DNA from: a virus
Lineage: Duplodnaviria > Caudoviricetes
Virus record (IMG/VR): IMGVR_UViG_3300027753_000020
Span: 1 to 53,104 of that record
Length of the DNA stretch: 53,104 nucleotides
Direction: 5' to 3' (one strand)
Below are positions 27,741 to 37,728 of this stretch, piece after piece. Below the pieces are notes generated by a model that saw only the letters and a program-made list of their open reading frames with translations, was not told where the DNA came from and searched no databases. The translations under genes and the position numbers were made by a program. How positions within the stretch are numbered: the first letter of the stretch is position 1; each line of letters begins with the position of its first letter.

Positions 27741-28120
27741 TGTCACAAGGAAACTTACCACAACGAGGTTATAATTCAAGCGATGAACCAGTAAGAGAAT
27801 TGTTTGATGCTTATTATCAACAAAAATTAGAATTTCCAAGTAATGACGTAGATGCTGTATTAGCATACTTTGATAAAAGAGGATTCGAAGATAGAGCTAG
27901 TGCTAGTATTGCGAGTACATTGTTACAACAAGCAAAGATAGACGGAGTACCTGTTTTTAAATTACTTGATACACTAAAAGGCCTAAACGAGTCACAACTT
28001 AGTGCATTAGTTGCAGAAATTTTAAACTATACTAGAGGCAAAACTAGTAGCTTAGGTTTTCAAGTACCATCAGAAACTAATATTGTAGAGTCTAGAAATA
28101 TAGAAGTCTTTGAGGACTAA
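27740..28120 (+). CDS. Hypothetical structural-region protein
   Basis: 126 aa, TAATG coupling. Confidence 0.55.
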   Translation: MSQGNLPQRGYNSSDEPVRELFDAYYQQKLEFPSNDVDAVLAYFDKRGFEDRASASIASTLLQQAKIDGVPVFKLLDTLKGLNESQLSALVAEILNYTRGKTSSLGFQVPSETNIVESRNIEVFED

Positions 28121-28122
28121 AC

Positions 28123-28560
28123 ATGCCTAAGTTCGCACAGGGCAAATTCAATGTAAAAAATCCTGACAAATATGTTGGAAACAAAATGCCAACATACAGA
28201 TCAAGTTGGGAATTTGCTTTTATGAGATTTTGTGACGAACATACAAGTGTTGCACAGTGGGCAAGTGAAGCAATTAAAATTCCATACAGACATCCTTTTA
28301 CAGGAAAGCATACAGTGTATGTACCAGACTTTTTTATAGTGTATGTTGATAAAAAAGGCAAACAAAAAGTTGAATTAATAGAAGTAAAGCCTGCTAGTCA
28401 ATCCTTCCATGAAAGAGTAGGTAAATCAAAACAAAATCAATCAGCTTGGGTAGTTAATCAAGCTAAATGGTCAGCAGCTAGTGCATGGTGTAAACAAAAA
28501 GGAATCTTTTTTAGGATTGTAACCGAAGATGATATTTTCCACCAAGGCAAAAGAAGATAA
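28123..28560 (+). CDS. gp4: Head completion nuclease (T4 gp4-like, TnsA-type fold)
   Basis: KNPDKYVG, YRSSWE, WASE.I.IPY, YVPDF, IEVKP, NQAKW.AA. Confidence 0.9.
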   Translation: MPKFAQGKFNVKNPDKYVGNKMPTYRSSWEFAFMRFCDEHTSVAQWASEAIKIPYRHPFTGKHTVYVPDFFIVYVDKKGKQKVELIEVKPASQSFHERVGKSKQNQSAWVVNQAKWSAASAWCKQKGIFFRIVTEDDIFHQGKRR

Positions 28561-28588
28561 ATAATACTAGTAGTTAATAGGGAATACT

Positions 28589-29077
28589 ATGACTAAGAAA
28601 TTAGAAGAAATGCTAGATTTACCAGAATCTAAAGAAATTATAAAAGAGGCAAAAGCTAAGCCAGAGCCTATAGTGCAACATAAAGAATCGTTGCGAGATA
28701 TTGCAGAGTTTGACAAAATAAGTTCTGCATTACCAGCCGTTAAAGGCTTAGGCCAAATGGCAGATACTGAGCTTAATGATATTGCTGATCGTGCATTAAC
28801 AGCATACGAAGATCTAATGGATCTAGGAATGAATGTCGAAGCAAGATATTCAGGTCGTGTATTTGAAGTTGCAGGCGGTATGTTAAAAACAGGCCTAGAT
28901 GCTAAAGTTGCTAAGTTAGATAAAAAACTAAAAATGATTGACTTACAACTTAAAAAAGAGAAAATGGACAAGGATGGAGGCATCGGAGACGGCGATATGG
29001 TCAACGGTGAAGGCTATGTTGTAACAGATCGCAACAGTCTTTTAGAGAAGTTAAAAAACGTCCAATCAGATAAATAA
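28589..29077 (+). CDS. Putative terminase small subunit
   Basis: Helical; R.FEVA...LK and a C-terminal VTDRNSLL resemble T4-like gp16; lies upstream of the large subunit. Confidence 0.45.
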   Translation: MTKKLEEMLDLPESKEIIKEAKAKPEPIVQHKESLRDIAEFDKISSALPAVKGLGQMADTELNDIADRALTAYEDLMDLGMNVEARYSGRVFEVAGGMLKTGLDAKVAKLDKKLKMIDLQLKKEKMDKDGGIGDGDMVNGEGYVVTDRNSLLEKLKNVQSDK

Positions 29078-29097
29078 TATATATAGGAATTAATACA

Positions 29098-29649
29098 ATG
29101 ACGTTTGAAAAATTTTTAACAGAAGCAAAGAAGGTATATCCTTTTAAAATTGGTATAGCAGGTGTGCTTCCAGAAAAATGTGAAGACATGTTAAAAACAT
29201 GTTTAGAAAAGTATGGAGTTAATAATATAACTTCAGGCAAGAAAACACCAATTCAAGAACGTCCATTAGATTTTCCACAATTACAAAATATGGAAGTAAC
29301 ATATTTTGAAACAGAACTTAATTATCCTACAACATCACAAGTACTACAAGAGTACTTAGGTCAGTGTTGCGGTATTGATCAATCTTACATTGTTGTTAGA
29401 AACCCAATGGAGCCACAAGAGCAATACCAAGAAGAAACACAAGACGGTGAATATGTTGCAAAACTAACTACACCAGAACTAGAAAGTATTGACGGTCAAG
29501 GCGAAGTTGCAGGCAACAGAGTAATGGATTTATTAAAAGAATTAGAAACAGCTCGTAAAGAGCGTGGGTTCGACACTGTCGACGGACCAGTTGGTGAATC
29601 AAGTGATATCGACGATAGTGAAAACACAAAAAGCGCAATAGGGAGCTAA
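29098..29649 (+). CDS. Putative internal head protein
   Basis: N-terminus MTFEKFLTEA resembles the T4 capsid-targeting sequence; GATAAATA at 29069-29076. Confidence 0.45.
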   Translation: MTFEKFLTEAKKVYPFKIGIAGVLPEKCEDMLKTCLEKYGVNNITSGKKTPIQERPLDFPQLQNMEVTYFETELNYPTTSQVLQEYLGQCCGIDQSYIVVRNPMEPQEQYQEETQDGEYVAKLTTPELESIDGQGEVAGNRVMDLLKELETARKERGFDTVDGPVGESSDIDDSENTKSAIGS

Positions 29650-29652
29650 ATT

Positions 29653-30444
29653 ATGAATATGAAAGATATGATTCAGCGTATGACTGATATCGAAGCGAAC
29701 AAACAACAATTAAACGAAGCTGAGATGCCACCAATGGGTGCAGCACCAGCTATGGATCAAGGCAATCCAGTAACAGTAAGTGTGTCAATGAATGCAAGTG
29801 GTAAAGAGCATGTAGCAGATTTACTAGACATGATGAAGAACGCAGGATTAGGCGGAGCAGAACCAGTAACAGCTAAAACACTTTCGCCACGTTTAGATAT
29901 GGAACGTTTAGCAGGTATTGTAGATGATCCAGAGATTCCAGGTAAAGACGAAGTACCAGGTGACGAAGATACAACAGATAGTAGTTGTAATGATGACATT
30001 GATACAGATGTTGAAGATGTAGATATGGACGAATGGGCAAACTCACCAGAAGGTTCAGAAGGCGATCCAGAACATAGAGATCACCACTATATGACTAAAG
30101 ATTTAAGTGGCGGAATTAATCGTAAAAAGAAACAATTCAAAGCTGCACAGCCAGGCGATAATGCAATGGCAATGGAAGGTATTAAAGAGCATCTTTATAA
30201 CTTACTAGCTGAAAAGAAAGGCAAGCCAGACTTTTTAGATCTAGATAAAGACGGCGACAAGAAAGAGCCAATGAAAAAAGCTGCTAAAGACGCAGGCAAA
30301 GGCAAAGGTAGCAAACCTAAAAAAGGTCAAGTACCTCCACAGTTCCAAAAAGAAGCAATGGAAGAGAAAAAAGAGAAGTGTCCAGAATGCGGCAAAAAAG
30401 GTAAAGTTAAATTGATGGCTTGTGCCAGCTGCGGCTGTAAATAA
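29653..30444 (+). CDS. Acidic/basic low-complexity putative head protein with C-terminal Zn ribbon
   Basis: LNE/LAE motifs, PDFLDLDKDGDKKE, CPEC...CASCGC. Confidence 0.5.
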   Translation: MNMKDMIQRMTDIEANKQQLNEAEMPPMGAAPAMDQGNPVTVSVSMNASGKEHVADLLDMMKNAGLGGAEPVTAKTLSPRLDMERLAGIVDDPEIPGKDEVPGDEDTTDSSCNDDIDTDVEDVDMDEWANSPEGSEGDPEHRDHHYMTKDLSGGINRKKKQFKAAQPGDNAMAMEGIKEHLYNLLAEKKGKPDFLDLDKDGDKKEPMKKAAKDAGKGKGSKPKKGQVPPQFQKEAMEEKKEKCPECGKKGKVKLMACASCGCK

Positions 30445-30475
30445 GTAATAAAAAGACTACTAGCTCTCACAACTC

Positions 30476-30503
30476 AAATAGCACCTCCGGGTGCTATTTT
30501 TTT
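30476..30503 (+). terminator. Rho-independent terminator
   Basis: AAATAGCACC-TCCG-GGTGCTATTT followed by a T-run. Confidence 0.8.
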
Positions 30504-30517
30504 CACTAAATATTAAT

Positions 30518-32098
30518 ATGGCACAATCACTCGATGGCGTCTTAATCAAAAAGGCGAATAGACAAGAAAAATTTACAGAAGCGCAAATGGAGGATTTGCT
30601 AAAATGTATGGATCCTGATGAAGGGTACTTGCACTTTGCAAAACACTTTGCTTTTATACAACATCCTGTAAGGGGTAAGTTGTTGTTTGATCCTTACGAG
30701 TATCAGTTAAGACTGATGCACAGTTATCATAACTATCGTTTTAATATTAATATGATGCCAAGACAAACAGGTAAAACTACATGTGCTAGTATATACCTAG
30801 CATGGTATGCAATGTTTAAACCGGATCAAACTATTCTTGTTGCAGCACACAAGTACACAGGCGCCCAAGAGATTATGTCACGTATAAGATTTGTTTACGA
30901 AACTTGTCCTGATCATATTAGAGCAGGAGTTGTAAGTTATAATAAACAATCGATTGAGTTTGAAAACGGTTCTCGTATTGTAGCACAAACTACAACAGGC
31001 AATACAGGACGTGGTATGTCCATATCATTACTATACTGTGACGAGTTTGCATTTGTGCAACCTAACATCGCAGAAGAGTTTTGGACATCAATATCTCCTA
31101 CACTAGCAACAGGTGGTCGTGCTATTATTACTAGTACGCCTAATAGTGATGAAGATACATTTGCTACTATTTGGAAACAAGCAGAAGAGAAGTTTGACGC
31201 ACACGGCAATGAAACAAAACTAGGGTCAAATGGCTTTCATAGTTTTGTTGCACAATGGGAAGAACATCCTGATCGTGATGATGAATGGAAGGTAGCAGAA
31301 ATAGGTCGCATTGGAGAAGAGAAATTTAGGCGTGAATACGGCTGTGAATTCTTAGTATTTGATGAAACACTTATTAACTCAATTAAACTTGCGGCCATGG
31401 AAGGCAAAGCGCCTACACTTAACATGGGGCAAACTAGGTGGTATAAGAAACCATCAAGTCAGTACACTTATGCTGTAGCATTAGATCCATCAATGGGTAC
31501 TGGCGGAGATCATGCCGCTATACAAGTATTTGAATTACCTAGTTATGAACAAGTAGCTGAATGGCAACATAACCAAACAGCAATACCTGGACAAATACGT
31601 GTGTTAGCAGATATTTGTAGATACTTAGAACAAGAAACTAAGAATTCAAACGGCATATACTGGAGTGTAGAAAATAATGGCATCGGCGAAGCAGCACTAA
31701 TCGTTATAAACGATTTCGGGGAAGAGAATATACCAGGCCTATTTGTGTCTGAACCAATTCGAAAAGGACATGTGCGAAAGTTCCGTAAAGGCTTTAATAC
31801 TACACACGGTACAAAGATTACAGCCTGTAGTCGACTAAAGACTATGATTGAAAACGATAAAATGATTGTACGTAGCAAACCCTTATTATCAGAACTAAAG
31901 GGGTTTGTTGCTACAGGCTCTAGTTATCAAGCAAAGTCAGGAATGACAGATGACTTAGTAAGTGCAACACTACTTGCTATTAGAATGATGACAGTACTCA
32001 AAGATTGGGATCCTAGGATCTACAATTCCTTTAACCAAGCAGAAGATGATGGCGATTATGAACCACCAATGCCAATCTTCGTTAGTAGCAACTATTGA
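30518..32098 (+). CDS. gp17: Terminase large subunit (T4 gp17-like)
   Basis: Start MAQSL at 30518. Walker A PRQTGKTT, Walker B LLYCDE, IITSTPN, nuclease ALDPS, DDLV. Confidence 0.95.
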   Translation: MAQSLDGVLIKKANRQEKFTEAQMEDLLKCMDPDEGYLHFAKHFAFIQHPVRGKLLFDPYEYQLRLMHSYHNYRFNINMMPRQTGKTTCASIYLAWYAMFKPDQTILVAAHKYTGAQEIMSRIRFVYETCPDHIRAGVVSYNKQSIEFENGSRIVAQTTTGNTGRGMSISLLYCDEFAFVQPNIAEEFWTSISPTLATGGRAIITSTPNSDEDTFATIWKQAEEKFDAHGNETKLGSNGFHSFVAQWEEHPDRDDEWKVAEIGRIGEEKFRREYGCEFLVFDETLINSIKLAAMEGKAPTLNMGQTRWYKKPSSQYTYAVALDPSMGTGGDHAAIQVFELPSYEQVAEWQHNQTAIPGQIRVLADICRYLEQETKNSNGIYWSVENNGIGEAALIVINDFGEENIPGLFVSEPIRKGHVRKFRKGFNTTHGTKITACSRLKTMIENDKMIVRSKPLLSELKGFVATGSSYQAKSGMTDDLVSATLLAIRMMTVLKDWDPRIYNSFNQAEDDGDYEPPMPIFVSSNY

Positions 32099-32108
32099 TA
32101 AATACATT

Positions 32109-34037
32109 ATGCAGAATATAGAAATTATAGCAGACGAATTGTTTTCAAAAATCAGAGGTAGATTCCCTGGTGTTACAATTGGCGACCAAGAAGGCAATGT
32201 AACAAGTGAGCCTAAACAAGCAAGGTTCTTTGAATTTCCTTTTAGGGAAGCAGAAGCAGACGTTGGCAAAGTTAGTATATCATTATCGGATGAAGATGGT
32301 GTAGTAGTAATGCACAATAAAGACGTTGCAGAAAATAACGTTAGTAAAAGTACATGGTACGATTTCTTAAAAGAATTAAGGCAGTTTAGTAAAAAACGTT
32401 TATTAAACTTTACAACTAGAGACATAACAAAGTCTAACTTAGAAAAAAGAGACTATAAATATCTTGCACAGCGATCCGGAGATAGCAACATGACAGAATC
32501 AAAATTATATGGCACATCTAAAATAAGTTACCAAGATGTTGGAGAAGCCAGACTAATTATCAAGCACAATGAAAGCATTGATCAAACTTCACCTACAGGG
32601 CGTAATAGAAGTATTGGTAAAATATATATAGAATCAGCACAAGGTGAACGTTTTATGTATCCGTTCAAACACCTAGGCGGTGCAAGAGCAATGGCAAGAC
32701 ACGTTGCTGAAGGCGGCAATGCATATGATGAATTTGGTAAACATATTACAAGTTTAAGTGAAGAATTAGCAAAACTTAGAAAGTTCAAAAATTACATGGG
32801 TCGCTCTAGTGTAATGGCAGAAAGTCTAAGTGAGTATATGGACGTTGTTAAAGACCGTGTTGCGTCAGTTAAGAAAACAATTGAATCATTGCAAAAGCCA
32901 AAGTTTTATGCAGAAGCATTTGAAGCATTTGCTCCGGTTGTAATGGAAGATGTACCAGCAGACGTTGCTGAAAATTGGATTGACCAATTAACTATTAGAC
33001 AGTTTAATGAAGAACTGTCAGATGTATTTCCATACATTTACAAACTAGTAAGTGAAGCAAGTAAAGCAGAGGATATTAATCCAGACGATTTAAACGAATT
33101 CCTTCCAGCTGTTGCTGGAATAGCAGGTAGAGCTGTTGCTGGCGCTGCTGTTGATAAACTTACCGCAAATAAAAAGAATAAAAAAAGTAAAATTAAAGAC
33201 AAACATTTAAGCAAAGAAGAAATGGAAATTGAATCAGCGTTTGAAGAAATGATGGGCCAGTTTGCTGAAGGTGAAATGAAGTGGAAGCAAACTAGTATGT
33301 CACCAGAAGAAGCTGTAGCAAAGTACGGCAAAGAACACGTAAAAGTTAAAAAAGGCGGACTACGCAACGGTGACGATATGGTATCAGTACATGTTGCAGA
33401 TGAAAGTTTTGACCCGCAGTCAGAGCCAAGTGACCGAGATTTAGCTGTAGAAGAAATGATGGATGCATACGAAAAAGGTGGCGAAAAAGCTCTAGCAGCT
33501 TATATGCATATTAGCGAAGAAGAACTTGATCAAGATATTAACGAATGGTGTGCAGAACACGGCAAGCATCCAGACGATGATAGAGATGAAGCAATTGAAG
33601 GTGTTGTTGAAGAGTTAGCTGATATGACAGAGTTTGACTCTCCTGCTGATTTTGCAGCTGATGTTGCAGCTGATAACGCAGCAGAAGGCAATGCATACGC
33701 ACACGCTGTAAAGAAAGCCAAAATGAATGGCAAGAAAAAAGGCGACAAAGTAGACGGTCCAGACGGTGATGAGATTACACTTGAAAAGGACGAAAAGACC
33801 CCATTAGGCGAGTTCATACTAAGTTACTTTGATAGAGAAAACGGATCATTTCCAAAGGGCGAAACAGCCGTACTAACTATGATCGAAAAAGACTACGGTG
33901 AAGAGTATATTACTCCAGCTAAACAGTTTATTGAAAGAATTAACCAAACATTTGAAGAGTACCAAATGCGTGAGCAACCACAGCAAATGGAAAATCCAGA
34001 GTTTGAAAGAATACGTGAGTTAGCTGGTTTAAGATAA
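32109..34037 (+). CDS. Large acidic conserved phage protein (putative prohead core/internal protein)
   Basis: Start MQNIE at 32109 after GATAAATA. Modular acidic C-terminal half ending RIRELAGLR. Confidence 0.55.
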   Translation: MQNIEIIADELFSKIRGRFPGVTIGDQEGNVTSEPKQARFFEFPFREAEADVGKVSISLSDEDGVVVMHNKDVAENNVSKSTWYDFLKELRQFSKKRLLNFTTRDITKSNLEKRDYKYLAQRSGDSNMTESKLYGTSKISYQDVGEARLIIKHNESIDQTSPTGRNRSIGKIYIESAQGERFMYPFKHLGGARAMARHVAEGGNAYDEFGKHITSLSEELAKLRKFKNYMGRSSVMAESLSEYMDVVKDRVASVKKTIESLQKPKFYAEAFEAFAPVVMEDVPADVAENWIDQLTIRQFNEELSDVFPYIYKLVSEASKAEDINPDDLNEFLPAVAGIAGRAVAGAAVDKLTANKKNKKSKIKDKHLSKEEMEIESAFEEMMGQFAEGEMKWKQTSMSPEEAVAKYGKEHVKVKKGGLRNGDDMVSVHVADESFDPQSEPSDRDLAVEEMMDAYEKGGEKALAAYMHISEEELDQDINEWCAEHGKHPDDDRDEAIEGVVEELADMTEFDSPADFAADVAADNAAEGNAYAHAVKKAKMNGKKKGDKVDGPDGDEITLEKDEKTPLGEFILSYFDRENGSFPKGETAVLTMIEKDYGEEYITPAKQFIERINQTFEEYQMREQPQQMENPEFERIRELAGLR

Positions 34038-34084
34038 TTAGCTAACCGCTTATAAGTTTTTATGTATTTTCTTTAAAAAAACAC

Positions 34085-34113
34085 TTGACTTTGTTTGTAA
34101 AACAGTATATAAT
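34085..34113 (+). promoter_or_regulatory. Sigma70-type early promoter for the gp32-uvsX operon
   Basis: TTGACT-17 nt-TATAAT, preceded by an A-tract and CAC. Confidence 0.8.
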
Positions 34114-34198
34114 AAAGACTGTGCTACAAACTAATAGGCACAAAACGTAGCAATGTAGCTACAACGCAAAACATAGGCACTTATAGGAGGCATTAACT

Positions 34199-35191
34199 AT
34201 GGCATCATTAGCAGAAATCCGAGCAAAGCTCAAAGAACAAGAAACCCGCTCATCGGGCGGTGGACAAAACCAAGGTCCAAACCCAATTTACCCATTTTGG
34301 AATATGAAAGAAGGCGAGAGTTCAACTCTACGTTTCCTTCCAGACGGTAACGCAGATAACACTTTTTTCTGGGCAGAACGTTTGATGATCAAACTTCCGT
34401 TCGCAGGTGTTAAAGGCGAAACTGATAGTCGTCCAGTACAAGTACAAATTCCTTGTATGGAAATGTATGGTGAAACATGTAACATCTTAAATGAAGTACG
34501 TGGTTGGTTTAAAGATTCAAGTCTAGAAGACATGGGTCGTAAGTATTGGAAAAAGCGTTCATACGTATTCCAAGGCTTTGTAACTGATAATCCAATTGCA
34601 GACGATCAGTCACCTGAGAACCCAATACGTAGGTTCATTATTGGTCCACAAATTTTCCAGATTATTAAGCAGGCGCTTATGGATCCAGATATGGAAGAAT
34701 TGCCGACTGATTACACAGCAGGTGTAGACTTCCGTCTTAACAAAACATCTAAAGGTGGGTATGCAGACTACTCAACATCATCCTGGGCACGTAGAGAGCG
34801 TCCATTAGATGATAGCGAAATGAATGCTGTTAATACGCACAGTTTGTTTAACTTATCAGACTTCTTACCCAAGAAGCCAGATGAAACGGCTGTAAAAGTG
34901 ATGCAAGAAATGTTTGAAGCATCAGTAGATGGTGAAGCATATGACGCAGAACGTTGGAGTAATTACTTCCGTCCTGCAGGTATGCAAGCACGTACAGGTG
35001 ATCCACAAGTAGCTGCAAGTGCAAACGCAACAGCAACTTCACGTTCATCAGCACCTGCAACACCTGCTCCTGTAGCAGAAGCAGCGCCAGCACCAGTGGC
35101 TGAACCAGTAGCTCCAGCAGCTGAAGCGGCTCCTGCACCCGAAGGTAATGCAAGTGACATTCTAGCAATGATTAGAAGTCGTCAACAGTAA
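34199..35191 (+). CDS. gp32: Single-stranded DNA-binding protein (T4 gp32-like)
   Basis: LRFLPD, PC.E..GE.C.I, YWKKRSY, GVDF.L.K..KGGYADYS.S.W, Ala/Pro-rich tail. Confidence 0.85.
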   Translation: MASLAEIRAKLKEQETRSSGGGQNQGPNPIYPFWNMKEGESSTLRFLPDGNADNTFFWAERLMIKLPFAGVKGETDSRPVQVQIPCMEMYGETCNILNEVRGWFKDSSLEDMGRKYWKKRSYVFQGFVTDNPIADDQSPENPIRRFIIGPQIFQIIKQALMDPDMEELPTDYTAGVDFRLNKTSKGGYADYSTSSWARRERPLDDSEMNAVNTHSLFNLSDFLPKKPDETAVKVMQEMFEASVDGEAYDAERWSNYFRPAGMQARTGDPQVAASANATATSRSSAPATPAPVAEAAPAPVAEPVAPAAEAAPAPEGNASDILAMIRSRQQ

Positions 35192-35204
35192 TAATAACAT
35201 TATA

Positions 35205-35274
35205 GCTTCTACTAACTAACCCGGTAACAGAGATTCAAGGTTTACCTGTCAACGTTCCAAACGTTAGTAGAAGC
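35205..35274 (+). other. Long stem-loop between gp32 and uvsX
   Basis: GCTTCTACTAAC (35205-35216) is the exact reverse complement of GTTAGTAGAAGC (35263-35274); inner GGTAA/TTACC stem. Confidence 0.6.
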
Positions 35275-35296
35275 AACTTTTTATACAGGAGAAGAA

Positions 35297-36382
35297 ATGG
35301 CTAAATCATTCGATGTAAGTAAATTTAGGAAAGACTTAACAAAGTCAATCCAAGGTATGAGCTCAGGTTTTAATGATCCTACAGATTGGATTAGTACTGG
35401 TTCGTACGCACTAAACTATCTTATTAGTGGAGACTTTGACAAAGGTGTACCACTAGGAAAGGTAACAGTGTTTGCAGGAGAGTCTGGCGCAGGCAAAAGT
35501 TATTTTGCGGCAGGTAATATTGTAAGACACGCACAAGAACAAGGCATTTATGTAGTCTTAATTGATACAGAAAATGCACTTGATCAAGCATGGCTAGAAG
35601 CACTAGGAGTCGACTGTGACGAATCGAAGCTTCTAAAATTAAGTATGAGTATGATCGATGACGTTGCTAAAACTATTAGTACGTTTATGATTGATTACAA
35701 AGCAATGGATGAGGAAGATCGTCCTAAAGTATTATTTGTAATTGACTCACTTGGCATGCTATTAACACCAACTGATGTTGATCAGTTTAACAAGGGTGAC
35801 ATGAAAGGTGATATGGGTCGTAAGCCTAAAGCACTAACTTCATTAGTCCGTAATACTGTTAACATGATTGGTGCCCACAACGTAGGCTTAGTTTGTACTA
35901 ATCACACTTATGCGTCACAGGATATGTTTGATCCAGACGATAAAATAAGTGGTGGACAGGGCTTTATATACGCTTCTAGTATTGTTGTAGCAATGAAGAA
36001 GATGAAGCTCAAAGAAGATGCAGACGGTAATAAGATCAGTCAAGTCATGGGTATCCGTGCTGGCTGTAAGGTAATGAAAACACGTTACGCAAAACCGTTT
36101 GAAGGTGTACAGGTTAAGATTCCATACGAAACTGGCATGAACCCATACAGTGGTATTGTTGAACTTTTCGAAGCAAAAGGTGTTATTGAAAAGCAAGGCA
36201 ACAGATTGAAATATATCACTTCTGATGGCACTGAAATGTTAGAGTACCGCAAGGCTTGGACAGGTGAGAAGCTAGACATTGTTATGGCTGATTATGTGAT
36301 AAAAGAGCAATCCGTGGTAAATACCTCTGAAGCAGAACTAGAACTAGAAGAAACACTAGAAGAAACTGTTACAGAGGAGTAA
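35297..36382 (+). CDS. uvsX: RecA-like recombinase UvsX
   Basis: ISTGSYALN, GESGAGKS, IDTENA, VIDSLG, NHTY, SGG.G. Confidence 0.95.
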   Translation: MAKSFDVSKFRKDLTKSIQGMSSGFNDPTDWISTGSYALNYLISGDFDKGVPLGKVTVFAGESGAGKSYFAAGNIVRHAQEQGIYVVLIDTENALDQAWLEALGVDCDESKLLKLSMSMIDDVAKTISTFMIDYKAMDEEDRPKVLFVIDSLGMLLTPTDVDQFNKGDMKGDMGRKPKALTSLVRNTVNMIGAHNVGLVCTNHTYASQDMFDPDDKISGGQGFIYASSIVVAMKKMKLKEDADGNKISQVMGIRAGCKVMKTRYAKPFEGVQVKIPYETGMNPYSGIVELFEAKGVIEKQGNRLKYITSDGTEMLEYRKAWTGEKLDIVMADYVIKEQSVVNTSEAELELEETLEETVTEE

Positions 36383-36384
36383 TT

Positions 36385-36615
36385 ATGGATCAGGCGGTAG
36401 ACGTTTGGAATTTGTTCAAAGAGTATGTGGACAAGAAACAAGTTGAATTAGTTGCTGAGAAGTTTGTTGATTTATTAGCTGATCACGGAGTCGATGATCA
36501 GCAAATGAAAGAACTTCTGGGCAATGATAATCACCTAGATGAAGCAATATCTTATTATCTAGATGAAGACAACGAAGAAACATACGATGACGAAGACAAC
36601 GAGTGGAGTGAGTAA
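36385..36615 (+). CDS. Small acidic hypothetical protein
   Basis: 76 aa, GAGGAG SD, D/E-rich tail. Confidence 0.6.
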   Translation: MDQAVDVWNLFKEYVDKKQVELVAEKFVDLLADHGVDDQQMKELLGNDNHLDEAISYYLDEDNEETYDDEDNEWSE

Positions 36616-37070
36616 TGGGTTGGTATAGTGAAGTAAGTCGTGACGTAGGTAAAATACCTGCTGCTGTTGCGTTTTTTGAAAACGAACTTCTTGATGCAAA
36701 GAAAGAAGTTAAGTTGGTAGGTAACGTAGAACGGGCTGCTGCATCTATGCCAGGCATTGTAGAGCATCGCTTTAATCAACTACAAGAGATTGAAGCGGTG
36801 CTACACTACTTAAATATTGAGTTACGCAGGTTGCGTAGCTCATACTTTAAGAAATATTTAGAAAATTATCAACGAGCTTTGTCAAGCCGTGACGTTGAAA
36901 AATACGTAGACGGTGAGGCAGACGTTGTTGACTACGAAAAGATTATTAATGAATTTGCATTGTTACGTAATAAATGGTTAGGTGTACTTAAAGCACTTGA
37001 TCAAAAGCAATGGCAAATTACAAACGTTGTTAAACTTAGAGTTGCTGGGATGGAAGATGCCTGCCTTTAA
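36615..37070 (+). CDS. uvsY: Recombination mediator UvsY-like
   Basis: Helical 151 aa, DVEKYVDGEAD...KALDQKQWQITNVVKLR, downstream of uvsX. Confidence 0.75.
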   Translation: MGWYSEVSRDVGKIPAAVAFFENELLDAKKEVKLVGNVERAAASMPGIVEHRFNQLQEIEAVLHYLNIELRRLRSSYFKKYLENYQRALSSRDVEKYVDGEADVVDYEKIINEFALLRNKWLGVLKALDQKQWQITNVVKLRVAGMEDACL

Positions 37071-37728
37071 AAAAGATGATGACAAATTAATTTACGAATT
37101 TATTAAAGACACAGCACCTAAAGACATGTTTATGTTAGACGTAGGTGCAAGAACAGGCAAATGGTGTAAGACGTTTGTTACTGAATTTCCGGAAGCAACA
37201 TTTCATTGTTTTGAGGCTTTACCAGAACAATACGAAAAATGCAAAAATAGATTTAGAAAAAACAATAATGTTACAATACATAATTTTGTTATCAGCAATA
37301 ACTGTAATGAAACAACTTTCTATAAAGACAAGGACAGACTAGGCTGGAGTGGGCTACAAAAACACTCCTATATGGAGAACTTTGAAGAGTTAACATTACC
37401 TAGTAAAACATTAGATAGTTTCCAATTAACACCTTACTTTGTTAAATTAGATGTAGAAGGCGCAGAGCTACTAGCACTACAAGGCGCATCATTTACATTA
37501 AAAACAGCAAAAGTAATTTACTTTGAATGCAACGAAATACATACAAAAGAGTATAACTATACTAATGATCAACTGTATAATCAATTACGTAACTACGGTT
37601 TTACAGTACATGACAAACATCTAAATGAACTAACATTAGATGAATTTGTGTATCGTACAGCTGATGCTAGGCGTTACGAAAACCCAAAGGGGTATGAATC
37701 TAATTTTGTAGCAGTTAAGAATGTATGA
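37057..37728 (+). CDS. FkbM-family methyltransferase
   Basis: Start MPAFKK at 37057. LDVGARTG, HCFEA, KTLDS, VKLDVEGAEL.AL.GA. Confidence 0.9.
   Translation: MPAFKKDDDKLIYEFIKDTAPKDMFMLDVGARTGKWCKTFVTEFPEATFHCFEALPEQYEKCKNRFRKNNNVTIHNFVISNNCNETTFYKDKDRLGWSGLQKHSYMENFEELTLPSKTLDSFQLTPYFVKLDVEGAELLALQGASFTLKTAKVIYFECNEIHTKEYNYTNDQLYNQLRNYGFTVHDKHLNELTLDEFVYRTADARRYENPKGYESNFVAVKNV

Noticed and set aside
28123-28560. Tn7-like transposase TnsA / mobile element
   Set aside because: Sequence and context match the T4 gp4 head-completion nuclease; there are no tnsB/C genes or terminal repeats.
35200-35285. tRNA gene
   Set aside because: No T-loop GTTC(G/A)A in a cloverleaf context and no acceptor-stem geometry; kept only as a generic structured element.
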